This document shows positions 14,044 to 26,511 of a DNA stretch of 64,000 bases, in pieces. The position numbers and the translations under genes are program-made. The stretch's first letter is position 1. Each line of letters starts with the position of its first letter. The DNA lies in assembly GCA_039545335.1 (NCBI GenBank), contig BCIN01000003.1, forward strand, positions 868,001 to 932,000, given 5' to 3'. This DNA is from Kondoa subrosea (lineage: Eukaryota). The notes under the pieces are model-generated. The model was not told the origin of the DNA and did no database searches. It was given only the letters and a program-made list of their open reading frames with translations.

Positions 14044-14499
14044 CGCAAAAGAAAGAAGGTTGGACAGTGGGAATAGGAGCAGGCATCAAGCAGATAGCAG
14101 CAAAAGAAGCGAAACGAGAGAGCCAGTGGCTGAAGCTACCGACTGAGTGAGTCTTACTTGTATCGGTCTGCTCTAGATTAGGCGCTGATGCACTACCGGA
14201 AATTTCAGCCCTCCACCGCCTTATGTTTCCCTTTCTGACAGTAATTAGACTACATCACTGTACTTGCGGAATTATCACCAGATCAAGATCAATACGTTGC
14301 AGCAAGATTGGGCTCGTTGCAGCGATAGGAAAGCTTGAATTGACGACTATACATATGGGTACCAACGACCGTTCGAAGTGCAGCAATAGAATGAAGGATT
14401 GTGATTGAGCGTGTCAGTGAGAGAAAGAACGAAGAATTACAGAGGTGCCTATGGAGAAAGAGAAGATAGTTAAGGAAGGAGAAAGAGAACGTTCTTAGC

Positions 14500-15120
14500 A
14501 CTCTTCAAGAACAAAGTTCTGCCATTAGTATTTTCGAGACCGTGTACAAGAGCATATGCTATGTCTCTAACTGTGGGAGTAGGCCATGCAGCAGATTTAA
14601 TAAGACCGTCAACACGTAGTTCTAGGTGTCGATCCATGAGACAGAGAGGTGAAGGGATATGCAAGCAGTGTGATCAAGGACATAGCCCAGCTTTGATGCT
14701 ATTCTTCGGAAACCCATTTCGCCGCTTCCCAAGCCCCATGTATTTTCTGAGAACAAGGTGAAACTTAATTGATAGAAGGAGCTCAGCAGAAAGTAAGGGT
14801 GTAAGGGGTTTCAAAGAGAACAGGTTCATTCGGAGGAATTCCGTAATCAAATTTTCATGATTTAAGCACTGAATTGTCATTGAAGATCCGCTTGTAGAGT
14901 GAGCCGTGGGGAAGCAATTCCATCAATTGGAGCAGGACGATTGCAACATTGACTTCTTGCAGGAGCTAGTGATCGGACCATTGCATTCGATCAAGAAATA
15001 GACATCTTTGGATTTGATTCTTCAGCGGTATTCAGCAAGAGAGCGAAACACCAGAGTGTTTCCAGTAGTTTAGACACTTTCTCCATCATAAGATCAATCT
15101 TGAGACCTCAAATCAGCGAT
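14500..15120 (-). pseudogene. Degenerate duplicate fragments of FAS2 (MPT-region and DH-region pieces)
   Basis: 14619-14762 aligns by eye to 9076-9222 and 14770-15120 aligns to 10932-11270. Same orientation and order, with many substitutions and indels. Confidence 0.85.
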
Positions 15121-15285
15121 CGGCAACAAGCAGAAGACCAGCTAAAGACCAGATTGCATCTAGTCAGGATATACCATAAGCTCCGGGCTTGCGAGCAGGT
15201 ATTTGAGCTGGCAAAGCGGGGTATCTCGCTGTGTCGGGTCAAACATTGCGAGTAGATTTTTCGCACCTAAAGAGCGAGAGGCGAG

Positions 15286-15758
15286 CTGGCGAATCATTAT
15301 GCGACCCTAGGGTTGCCCTACTCAGCCTCACAGCTAGAAATCAGATCCCAATTCCTGCATTTGATTCGACAAGTTCATCCAGACAAAAATACAAATCTGT
15401 CAAAGGACGAAGGCACAGCAGTTGAGCTCAATGAAGCTTATGAAACGCTGAGCGACCCGATCAAGCGTGCAATTTACGATGAGAGTCTCAAACAAGGTAG
15501 ATTTCTGTCGCCGAGTATTACAAAGCATGGATTTAAGATTCCCCTTGTGCAGCTCAAGAAAGTACAGACGCCTTGAATCGGACTGTCGACCTCTCGGCAT
15601 TCCAATATCTTTCCGACAATAATACTTATACGCTTGCATGTCGTTGTGGCTCGACTTATGTTGCGACCGAATTAGAGTTGGAAAGTGGAAACGGCGAATT
15701 GCTGATTCAATGTGATGGTTGTACGCAGAGAGTAAGAGTAGAGTATCAAGAGGATTGA
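15286..15758 (+). CDS. DPH4: Diphthamide biosynthesis protein 4 (J-domain + CSL zinc finger)
   Basis: NHYATLGL...HPDK...LNEAYETLSDPIKRAIYD, one intron (15497-15552), then CRCG...CDGC. No in-frame ATG; start placed at CTG 15286. Confidence 0.85.
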
Positions 15759-15917
15759 AGAAATGGTATTGTGAAAGAAGCAGAGGCATAATGAAAATGA
15801 TTGGGCAGGCGAAAAATGGTTGGGTAATGTATGGTACTTTTTTTGAGGTATTTGAATAAAAGAGCATAGACGGTATTCTTTTCAGATATGTAAATCTTGA
15901 TGTTGAATGAGGATTTT

Positions 15918-18900
15918 CTAGTTGTCGCGTCTTGCATCACTTCTTGCTTTGGTCGAATTGTTCGAACGAGCTTGAAAATGTGAAATTGCAGTGAATCTAG
16001 CTACTCTGACTTGATGTTCACGGAGAAAGCGGTAGAGTGGAAGCATGAAAGCCGCATTGTTGCCTTTGCAATACTCCAAAAATTGTTTGTAAGCTTCTTC
16101 ATCAGCCTCATCGTGAAACAAGTCAGGAGGCGGAAGTGCATTGGCTAGATTGGCCGATGCTTCATCATGTGCGACCATGCTTGCTAAGATGCGTACACCA
16201 ATATGAGATTGCTGCGTTGACAACATTTGTTCCAACGTGTTGGAGTCATTCGGACTGATGATCAGATCTCGGATGCCTGTCGAGAAATCAGGTTGATTCC
16301 GCTCGCAATCTCTCTGAACTGACCGTTGCGTTTAATCTCATCGATGTCCATTGGCTGGATGGACACTTCGTTAACTGCAAGAGCTGGAGAAGGTAAAACA
16401 GATTGAGGCCGAGCTGGAAGTGAAGCTGCAGCTTGAGGTGCAACAGAAGGCGTTCGAGAGGGAACTTGCATACTATACACAGCTTGAGTACTTGTTCGGT
16501 GCGAGATCGAAGCAGCTTACGGTCTACTAGAAGAGGGAGCAACACTGCTTCTAGCTCTTTGTACGGCCTCGTCGGCCAATTTCTTTCGTTCCTTCATTTC
16601 TGCTGGTGTCAATCGCTTGTTCCAATCTATTGGTCGCCTCGGCATTTCATAGACTACCAAACTTTTAGCTCTTGCAATAAGGCCAGCAGCAGAAGACCGA
16701 CCTCGTTTTGCTTGCTTGTCTTGCTCGATAAATGAATGGCAAGCACTGCATCCGTTCTTGTTCCTGGTACAAGAAATTTTTCCATGTGGATTACTGTCAT
16801 CTTTCTTGACTTTTGCACACCTGTGTTTAGAAATTTAGAGTATAACAGATGAGTATTAGTACAAGCAACCGACATTACTGTATGGTAGTTCCATTCCCGG
16901 TCAGGTGGTACAACTGAAGCATGACTTTTAGTATCTGAATAGACATAAACGTCGACACACGCACAGCACGGCCCATCTGGTATTTGATGGGTATAGCGAA
17001 AGTCTGTACCTAATGGCGGAGCCGGCAGACGCTCGGCAGTTTCAGGATTCTCCAATGGCGGATCACATCTGATAGGAAACGGAGCCTTGTTGTTCTTGGA
17101 TTCGTCGATAACAATTTCCTTGTACGGAAATGCTGCGCTGTAGATACGCTTAGTATTGACTGGAGGAGGTGGAGGAGCAGCGGAAGAAGAATTGGCAGCT
17201 AACACTGCGCGAGCGCGAGATTGTTCGATCTTCGAGATGTCTGCTTCCTGCATTCCAGCCATTCGCACACACTTGATCATGGCTTTAAAGAATGATTCCT
17301 TGTTCTGCAAGTTGCGCACCCTGGAAAGGAAGATAGTGGCGGTTCGATCCTCTTCAGCATGGATAACTTTGCAAATGCTGCGGCAAATCTCGTTGAGCAA
17401 GGCTGGGCAGTCGGCCAAAGCAACGAATCGAATGATGACGTTTACGACAGCTGCTGCGCTGTAATTGTCCCAAACAGCAGGATAATTTGGTTGCGGATTT
17501 CCCCAGATTGATCTTTCTCTATTATCGGATCTGTCGTAAAGAGGAGGGGAACTATTGTTGAGGATCTTCATTACTTCGCTACTCTTCAAGCTTGAAGCGA
17601 TCTCTTCAGGTAGCTTCGCGTCCCAGAATTTAGGCACGGGTGGGCCGTTCGATTCTGTACTAGAACCGCCAATGGGTGTTGCGTCTCTGCTTGAGCGCTC
17701 CTGTCGACCAGAAGACCGTCTACTGGATCGACGATCTGCTGATTTGTCTTGCAACGCACTGTCTTGACGGTTGCGGCCATCTTCGGAACGTTCTCTACTT
17801 CTTCTGCTTCGCTCTCTGCTTCTTGATCGGTCTTCATTCCTGCGTCTTGCAGGACTTCTACTACGCGAGGAACGATCTCTTGTACCACGCCGAGGGCTTA
17901 CCGAGGATCTTCGAGATCGAGCATTCTCAGATCTGGGAGATGAATGACGACCTCTTTCGTGAGTTTCGTAGCTTGGAGATTGACCTTGCCTTCTCAATCC
18001 GCTCTCGTACCGTGAAGACCTATAATCATTGGGTCTTGGAGATCTTGACCGATCTTTTGTTTCACGTCTAACAGGCGATCGGCTTCTTCCTCTGTTTTCG
18101 CGTCTGGATCGCTCAGGAGGAGAGCGCGAAGAATGAGATCTTGATCTTGATCTTGCTTGAGCCGGAAGCACAGGACTTCGGCGAGCCGACTCGACAGGCG
18201 CTCTATCATCAATATCTTCAGCTAAAGTGCATAGCTCACTTATTCTGTAGCTAACGATCGAGGACCAGTAGGAGCATTGGGAACAGATGTAGTAGCGCTA
18301 GCATTGCTTGTCCTGCGAGGACCAGTGCGGACACCTGCAGGAAAACCATTCTGTTGCAAAGGCGGAGAAACCGGTTCTTGCTTCTCAATCTTAACCACAG
18401 TTGCTTTTGGCTGAACACCGAACGGTCTGGAGGGCGTCGGGCGGGCGGAAGAAGAAATCGTTCCTCGAACTGGTTGCTGTTGAGGTGGAAGAAGAGAAGA
18501 AGCAGTCGTTGCTTTTGGTAGATCATCCAGACATTCTAGGTCATCGGTCAAGTAAGGAGACATTGCTAAATCCATATCAACGGGGAACGATTCTTCTACC
18601 GGTTCTCCCTTGACCTGAGGAACAGTTGTTTGGGGCGTGTCTGCTCGAGATGATCCAGTAGAAGAGCCAGATCCTGACATGCGAACGATTTCAGATTGAT
18701 TTGCTGCAGGCATGGAGGTATTTGGAGATGAAAGATTGGCCGCAGCAGCATTTGAGACTTGCCCCACCGGCGAAGGGACCAGCTGCTGAGCAACTAATTG
18801 AGATGAAGGTGAAAGTAAAGGCGCCAGAGAGGTACTTGGAAAGCTGTTGGTAGAAGGATTGCGCGAGAAGGAGATAGATTTGACAGCAGGTCGATTGAAG

Positions 18901-19573
18901 GTACTGAGACAACGCACGATCTCAATAATCTCAAGACTCTTGTAGAAGTGATTGCTATTTACCTGTCTAGTTGCTCGATCGTCTTCTCCAGTAAGATGCG
19001 AATGTCGAAACCTTGGGCTGCTTAGCCAAGGCAGAAGCGTATGCAAGACACAGCTTACTGGGATGATATGCCTTGCCGGACTCGATTGCGTCTATGAAAG
19101 GGAAATGTGAGCCGAGTACAATGCCTCACGGCGAAGCGCTTGCCAATGCTTAGGAATTGTTCGAAGACATTGTAATCGCCCTGCCTGAAGACTCGATCTG
19201 CGTTATCCCGAGCACTACGAGCTTCATCATCAGGAGAGTCAGGCGAAGCACCCCTGTTCAGACGAATGAGAGGAAGCTATTTCGCACAGTACCAACACAA
19301 CCTACTTTGCTAGCAAGATACAAGCGATCTTGAAACGTTCAGGTTGATGATCACTTCTGACCAGACTAAAGAGAGCCTCAGTAATTGACGGGCATCGAAG
19401 AGGAAACAGCTAGCTTACGTTTCTACCAAGGCCAGTCGTCCAGGTTCATGAGTATCAGCTTCATCCAGATCAATTGGCGCTTCTGCCAGTGTGCGAAGGA
19501 CTCCATAGACATCTGCATCGATACAAGCTTGCACGAGCTTCGTTCTCTGCTCGTCCTCATCAAAATCAGACAT
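15918..19573 (-). CDS. Large hypothetical protein with S/P-rich and RS-repeat low-complexity regions
   Basis: Long ORFs 18240-19046, 16654-18171, 16262-16480 and 15918-16235 joinable by GT..AG introns. RSRSRS repeats. Probable ATG at 19573 (MSDFDED). Confidence 0.6.
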
Positions 19574-19780
19574 GTAGATAATATACTTCGAGTCGCGAAG
19601 AGTGAAGCAAAAGAAAGGGCTGATAACGAGTCTGATCAATTAGAAGGCGTGATCTGAGAGCCACCCAGTCAGATGAGTATTTCTGCTTGAATGGTGTTGA
19701 AGTAACAGTATGGGGAAAAGCGCGAAATTCATAAATTGCATGACACCGTAGCAGAGTCAAAATTCCGTGTAATATTACAG

Positions 19781-21877
19781 TTAATCTACATGCATTGAGT
19801 CCTGCTCTTCCACTTTCACTTGCTCCCCTACATCTGCACTCGCGGAATCATGACCATTTATCAGCGCGTCCGCTTCATCTTGTTGATGGAGAACTGATTC
19901 ATCTCTTTCGTTGACCAGACCTTCTGCAGCTTCTTTCAGAAGCGAGTCGTATATAATGTGCACCTTGTTCGGATCAAAACGAAAGAGAGCTCGAACGTCT
20001 TTGTGCTGAAGTTGTCCATCTCGTTGAGAGTATTCACGTAAAATGGTTTGTTTGATGAAGAGGTAAGGCTTTGGGAGAATCTGAAGCATTGAGCAAAGTT
20101 GCTTCTCTGCTTCGGTCAGAAGATTAAAGGAAGAAGAATTGGCCAGAGTAAGTTGATAGTCTGGTAAACATGACATTAGATCTTTGTTGACAATTGATCG
20201 AGGGACAGCTCACGAGTAAGCCGCTTGAATGGCTTCAGAACAGGCGTGCCTTCTCTTCCACCTTGACTCATTCGAGGGCCACGAGCGAAATCTCGTTGGC
20301 GATTTGCGACCTAGACATGGTGTAAGCGATAGGAAGCATATTCTTGCTTTGAAGCTCACCCTTGTGGTCTTATCTTTCTCATACTTGTCAATCTCAGCAA
20401 AAGAAGTTAGGCCAGCTCGTCGATAATCTTGTAGTTCCGCTATTCTCTTGCGAAGAGTCAATTCGTCTGTATCACATACTAGTCAATCACCTATTTTAGT
20501 GATATAACTGATAGTACTTACATAACAAGCCATCTAAAAAATGTTCATAATCGTTGGCAGTCTGTATTCTTGCAAACACCTTGACGCGATTAGCCAATTC
20601 TTTCTCGTCTCGACCTCTCTTCTTCTCATTCGTAGTAATCTAATCCAAGTTATTAGACCGGCGGCACCTTTTATGGGGTTACAACTCACCTTCTTATAAT
20701 CCGTCAAAGCTCTATCGAATATCAAAGCTTTACTCTCCACTCTTCTATCATAGCGTTCGTTATAGATCTCCAAGATGGTCAATTTCAAATCTAGATCCTC
20801 ATCATCTTCTTCCAATGGTGGCGGTTCTTTGGCTTCCGTTTCCCCTTCCCTTTCAGCAGAAACCAAAGGTTCTTTATCCGTTTTGATAGAAGGTAAGATA
20901 TCTTCAGGTGGACGAGCAGGTTGAGAATCTCCGCCAAAACGATGGACCAACCCGAATTCCATATCTTTCACCAAAGTTTCTGCATCATTTTCATATTCGC
21001 TGTTATAACAGGATCAGTATCTACAGTGCAACAGTATTCGAGACAACTGACTGCTCAAACTCTAGTCTGCCAGGCATAAAACCTCCTACTTCATGACAAC
21101 TTGGAACAGATGCAAGTGGTTTAGGCATAGGTGCGACTAAAAGTGAGGCATTAGCAAAAGCCGATTCACCACGGGCAGTGCTTACCAAGAGGTCTGACTT
21201 GAGCATCTTCCAACCGAGCTCGTTTCCGGGATTGGAAGCGATCTTGATCGGCATCCAAATCAGGATCAATGAACTATAACCCTAGATGAAACTAATCACG
21301 CGAAGAAGAGAATTGACCTTACAGGTTCAGGATAGCTTTGTGGATTCACATAAGTCTCAATATAGTGCTCTTCGACTTCTTCTTTCGTTCGAAAACTGCC
21401 AATATGTTCTGCTATATCTGCCCAATTGCCCAAACCATAGAGTTGACAAGCATCAATGAGCAGCAATTCCCTTTAAGTACCGCATAAGTAGTGATACAGC
21501 TAAGCTTAGGGAAGAGCTCACTCGTCTGCTCCCCATTCATTATCAAAGATAGGATAGGCATGCTGTTCGACGACCCGATAATCATGCCACCGCTTATGAC
21601 GACCGACTTCTTTGCCTTGAGTGAAACAGCTACCGCATAGATCAAAGTCTTCGCAGGTCGGTACAAGTCCATCTTCGCTTGATACTGCAGCTGAAGCAAC
21701 ACCGGGTACAAGCTGTTCTTTCAAACGAGGAGAGCGAGCAGATTTCTGAGCACAACGAATGCGGACTGTGTGCGAGAGATCTGCACTGCAAGCATCGCAA
21801 GAGAAGCGGACGCCTGTTTCTTGAGGAACTCTAACTTCTGCTTCATTGCGGACAAGTTTGCGTTTAGTGACCGTCAT
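19781..21877 (-). CDS. ADA2: SAGA transcriptional adapter 2 (ZZ zinc finger, SANT, SWIRM)
   Basis: [53 protein letters not shown], and C-terminal [16 protein letters not shown]. Confidence 0.95.
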
Positions 21878-22509
21878 AGTTTTGAGAGAAGCGTTCTAGA
21901 TGGGTCGGAGCCGATCAAGCAGCATTTCGTGAGCTCAGCATCGTTACAGGTCAAGTTGCTTTCCGCACTCTCTTGTTCTCAAACGGTCCAGACTCAGTAA
22001 GCCATAGCGCGAGCTCTGAGCCAAGATACCTGTGTACCACGAGATCTAACAGCGGCGTTCCCCCGTTGAATCATTAAAACAGTATTGAATGGGATCCTAT
22101 GAACTTGCCAGGAGCGATACAACGACTGATGCTGTGCGGAGATTGGATCTGTTCTGCAATTACTGCTCTGCAGCTGCGGGAGCAAGATATTGCGAACGAT
22201 TCTTTACAAAGCCTTGCGATCAATCTGCACTGAATGCGATGTTCTTTTCAATGCTGCTCTTCTGATGCTTTGAGGCCTCAATTACTTCTCTGCCCATACG
22301 ACTTGCTACTTGTGCAGATTAGTCTCGTCAAAATCATCCAAACCCATTGTGCTCTCATATGCGTCGAAAATACATGTAGATGGTATCAAACAGTCCGTTT
22401 CTGAANCCCTCTTCTTTNTTTCCCTTCATTTCTTGTCCCCGCCATGCTATTCTACGTTTGCTCGAGCTTCATACATAAAGGGCTGTAAAGTTGTAACTTT
22501 GTTTGAGCG

Positions 22510-24302
22510 CTAGAGAGGTGCACAATCGTCTGGCAACCAGAAACCAGTCCATTTGCATTCCGGCAGAAGTCGTAAATACTCATAAAGCCAGTCGATAAAG
22601 ATCAGACCAAAGCGTCGGGTGAACCAATCGAGATAGAATTTAACGAAGGGTATTCGATATATATATTGATGTAGAATATACCAGTTCCAGGTATAGGCTG
22701 TTCTGACTGTTGGATTAAGCAGAATACGAGGAGGTCTTGTCTCTTTATGTAGAAGGTGTAAATCCTGGATTACAGTCAGATAGGGAGAAATCTAGCCTGA
22801 CAGAACCCACATCTAAGTTAAACTGTCAGTTATGTTCGATAATGGAAATGACAAGAGCTTACAGCTCAAAAGAAAGCATTCAGATTCGTGACAAGCCCGG
22901 TCAGGCGAAGCATGAAACTGTAAAGGTTTAGTGATCTTGCCAGAGTTCGAAGTACTGTTAGCGGAAGGAAGAAAAGGTTCTATCGCAAAGGCACTGATAC
23001 CATTCCAGCAAGAAGCTCTGGAATTAACAAGACATAAGTATGGGCGCAAGAGTTATGGAAACAAGGCATACACTGAAACTGGCAGCTCATTCCAGATACG
23101 ATCTTGACTGTATTGGTCTTTGAAGTACGGCCAGTACGGTCTTGTTGTAATGGCGCAGCGGTCTCGCAGCACCTGTATTCGCTTTAGGCAACACTCACAA
23201 ACTTGAAAGCCGAACTAACCCAAGTATCATCTGTAAGCAAATGTATTAGCCAAAGCAGTTATCAATATAAAGCGTACTCACACAATCCCGGACCGAAGTC
23301 AATACCACAAACTTGATCAAAATCAGCCGGTTTGGTCGTATCGCCGTCTTCCCTCGTCGCAAGTAATCGTACTACAGCTTTCCAATCAAAGAACATATCG
23401 TTCAGAAAGATTAATTTGGTGAAAGGCGATTCAGATCTGGAACGAATTGACAAGTCATCGCTTTGAAGTGGTTCTAAAGCTCGATTGCGAACTGCTGAAA
23501 GATACTCGATACGTTCTGCTGCGATCTGATTACTGTCAGCGTTCAAAAACCTTTGCCTGCTTAGAGTGGAGAAGTGCTTACTTTGTTTGGCCAAAGTCGT
23601 GGTGGAAACGTAGTATTCTCCGTGATCACTCTGCTTTCAATGCCTTTGCTGTTTAAGTCCTTTCGATACTTTGCAAGAATCTCCTGTGTAGAATCGTGCG
23701 AGTTGCTTTCGGCAATTGATAAATAGACGTTATCTTGACCTAGGTGATCAATCAATTGATTCATCTCCTTGATCCATGCTGGCAAAATGTTCTCGTTGTT
23801 ATAGAAATTAGCAGCGATAAAGTAGCGCTCTATCTGACCAGGTATCGATGGATGTAAGGTTGGCAACAGTTCTGTTTCACACGTTCAGAACATTTTTCGC
23901 AGGTTGCGAAGAGCGTTTCGGACCTTTTGGCGGTACTACGCCGATGCAAAGCATGATGAGAATGAGGAAACCGCAGATACAGTAGAGACGGCCACTCCAT
24001 TTTGACGAAGCTGGCCAAGATCGGTCTTTTCGACTATGCCAGCATATTTGAATCGTTCTCCCTGAGTACCAGAAAACACAAGAGAAGGTGGAAGCCAGGA
24101 AAAGTGGAATGGATGTAGGAAAAGGTAAGTATATGTGTAAGCCAACCAGGCAAACGATGGCTAAGCTAAGCGTAACGAGTTCTAGCTTGATTGTAGAAGG
24201 GACATCTTTTCCCTCGGTGTCGTTGCCTTTCTCTTCACCTATGAGCGCTTTGTACTTGGTATTGTGACTGTTGAGCCATGGTCGCATTGACCAGCTTGTC
24301 AT
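22510..24302 (-). CDS. GT69 cryptococcal mannosyltransferase 1 / CAP59-like glycosyltransferase
   Basis: N-terminal TM segments, YFIAANFYNNE, SIAESNSHD, VRNRALEPL, FLND, YDTWVLRD, SCWNG, SEC, and ILLNPTV. Start codon uncertain. Confidence 0.85.
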
Positions 24303-25011
24303 GATTGAGATTGCTGAAGAGGGCTGCGACAGGGCATCCTCACGGCTCGTTGTGTACGATTCACCTTCATCATTAGTGTTCGAAAAGGATACGGGCCACC
24401 GGCCTCGCCAAGCTTCGTCGATATATATTTGTTCCAGGCTGTGTGTCAAAAGAAACCGGCAAACAGGAGACCTAACGGCAGAAGTATAGCAGAAGATGGA
24501 CAATGCGAGCAGAGGGATAGACACAGGACAGCAGCAACCACCGAAACAAAAGACATGGCATGCAGGAATCTCGCACAGCAGCTGAACGCTGAGCTCGAGC
24601 TGCTCGAAACTTGAAAGCGGACTTTGGAGAAATACAAGCGCCAGAGCACGAGATGGTCTTTTAATGTGCTCACGCAATTCTTGCGCTGCAAAAGTACAGC
24701 AGGCAGACGTTAGACAGGGAAAGGCTCTCGTTGGTCGAAATGAGGCGAGGTTTCTAGAGTCGTCGCACTCTGAATTGCCGGTCACCGATCGCTTGAGTAG
24801 CGCAATGATTCTCAGAAAACATGAGGAGAGATGCCATAGCCTTGTAGTAGTAGTCCTATATACAATGAGACCGGCTCAATAGATCGTCATCACGAATTCC
24901 CACCGAAACTGCTTCTTGCTTTGAATGCACCATCTCTTGCGACTTCCTTTGCGCAACAGACTAGCTTTAACATCTCAACGCACCTTTACTCAACTCAGAC
25001 TATCAAGCAAC

Positions 25012-26379
25012 ATGAGCGGATCTGATCCGTGAGTTTCTCCCTTTCAAGCAAGCCAAAGCCGATCAAGTCGCTGATTTGTTATGTCATGACAGCTACACCG
25101 CAAAGGTAGGCCTTACTGCACTCTTGAGCGACTACTCTGGGTCTTACTTGATATGTTCCTATGGGTATTCAGGCCAGCCAAGAGGCTACACCCGAGCAAA
25201 AGATCAAGGAAGTTCAAGGCATCATGAGCGCTTGCAAGACCGGCATGCTCGTCACCAGAGGGTCTGATGGTCGTATGCACTCTCGTGCTATGGCTCCTGC
25301 CAGCAAGGAAGGCTTGGTCTTCGATTTCGTAAGCATCGCTTCTTGAGCGTGACCGGAAACTTGGCTAACGTGTATAATATGTAGATTGCCAAGTGAGTTG
25401 TCAGATAAAATGGTAGAATTACCGTGATGATCACGTACTCCGCAGCAACAACTCCGGAAGTAAGTTTGGTTCTTCTGTAACAAGCAAACTCTGCTAACCT
25501 ATTCTTGCAGAATTCGATGAATTGACAAACGACAGTGAGCTCCCAATACTAAGTAGAATCTACACGCGCTGACTCAGGATCGTAGAGAATGTAAATGTCA
25601 CTTATTACAACACTAGCACAACAGACGTGAGCACTCGAATATGCACATCCTCTGGTCAATTTTTCTCAATCCAGTCTACAGTGGGTCTCTGTTTCTGGCA
25701 CTGCTACCGTCAGCAATGACAAGAACAAGGTATGTTTCCGGAATAGTAACACAACGACTAGCTGATGCCTCATCCCCGCAGGTCAAGGAATACTTCTCAC
25801 CTGCTACTTCAGCTTGGTTCGGCGACATGAAGGTACGTCCGGATGTGCTATATACTTGATTGCAATTCAAATGATTTGTCAACAGGATGGTGTTCACACC
25901 GGTTTGTCGCGATACTCGATCCTCCAGTATTACATGCTGAATTTACTCGTCTATCAGGCAAGTGGGAGTGAGTCGTATCAACTCTCATCGATTATACAGC
26001 TCTGACAATCTGATGTCTAGTGATCCTCGTGTCTCTTTGATCGAAGTTGTCCCTGACGAGAGTATGGCCTCACTAGAAGTTCTTACAGCGCAGAGGCTTA
26101 TTTCTCTGGTTCCGTACAGTCCGATACTGGCTACAAACCAGCACCATGCTCGGCACAGCTTTCGAAGTAGCCAAGGGAGCCGTCACGTATGTTTATTCAG
26201 CTCGCTGTCTTCTACTTCTGTTACTGACGCATTGATACTCGAATATAGCGGAGAGACTGCTGCTCCAGGTTCGTTTAGCTGTTCTACTTCAAGGCCTGCG
26301 CTGATCTCTCACAGGTGTCCTTCGTACACTCAACGCATCCGATCTGGCCATTGCCAGAAAAGGTGCCAACAAAGAGTAA
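25012..26379 (+). CDS. Bli-3 / general stress protein, FMN-binding split-barrel (pyridoxamine 5'-phosphate oxidase-like)
   Basis: Joined exons read MSGSDPYTAKA...KTGMLVTR..MHSRAMA...WVSVSGTA...AWFGDMKDGVHTG..DPRVSLIEV..IRYW. Very many tiny exons. Confidence 0.85.
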
Positions 26380-26511
26380 AGATCAGGCAGAAAGCTTTGG
26401 GACCAAACTTGTAGTTTGGGCGAAAATCAATGCAAACAGAAAACGATAAATATGTGTGACCCTTATGTGTATTCGTGACCTCTTTTGTCTACGTGCTCTC
26501 CCTGAACTCTC

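Noticed and set aside
22400..22420. Two N bases in an intergenic pyrimidine tract
   Set aside because: Assembly ambiguity, not biology.
24303..24785. Upstream extension of ORF 23877-24785
   Set aside because: It begins at a non-ATG codon and reads as non-coding; the GT69 gene more plausibly starts at ATG 24302 or just downstream.
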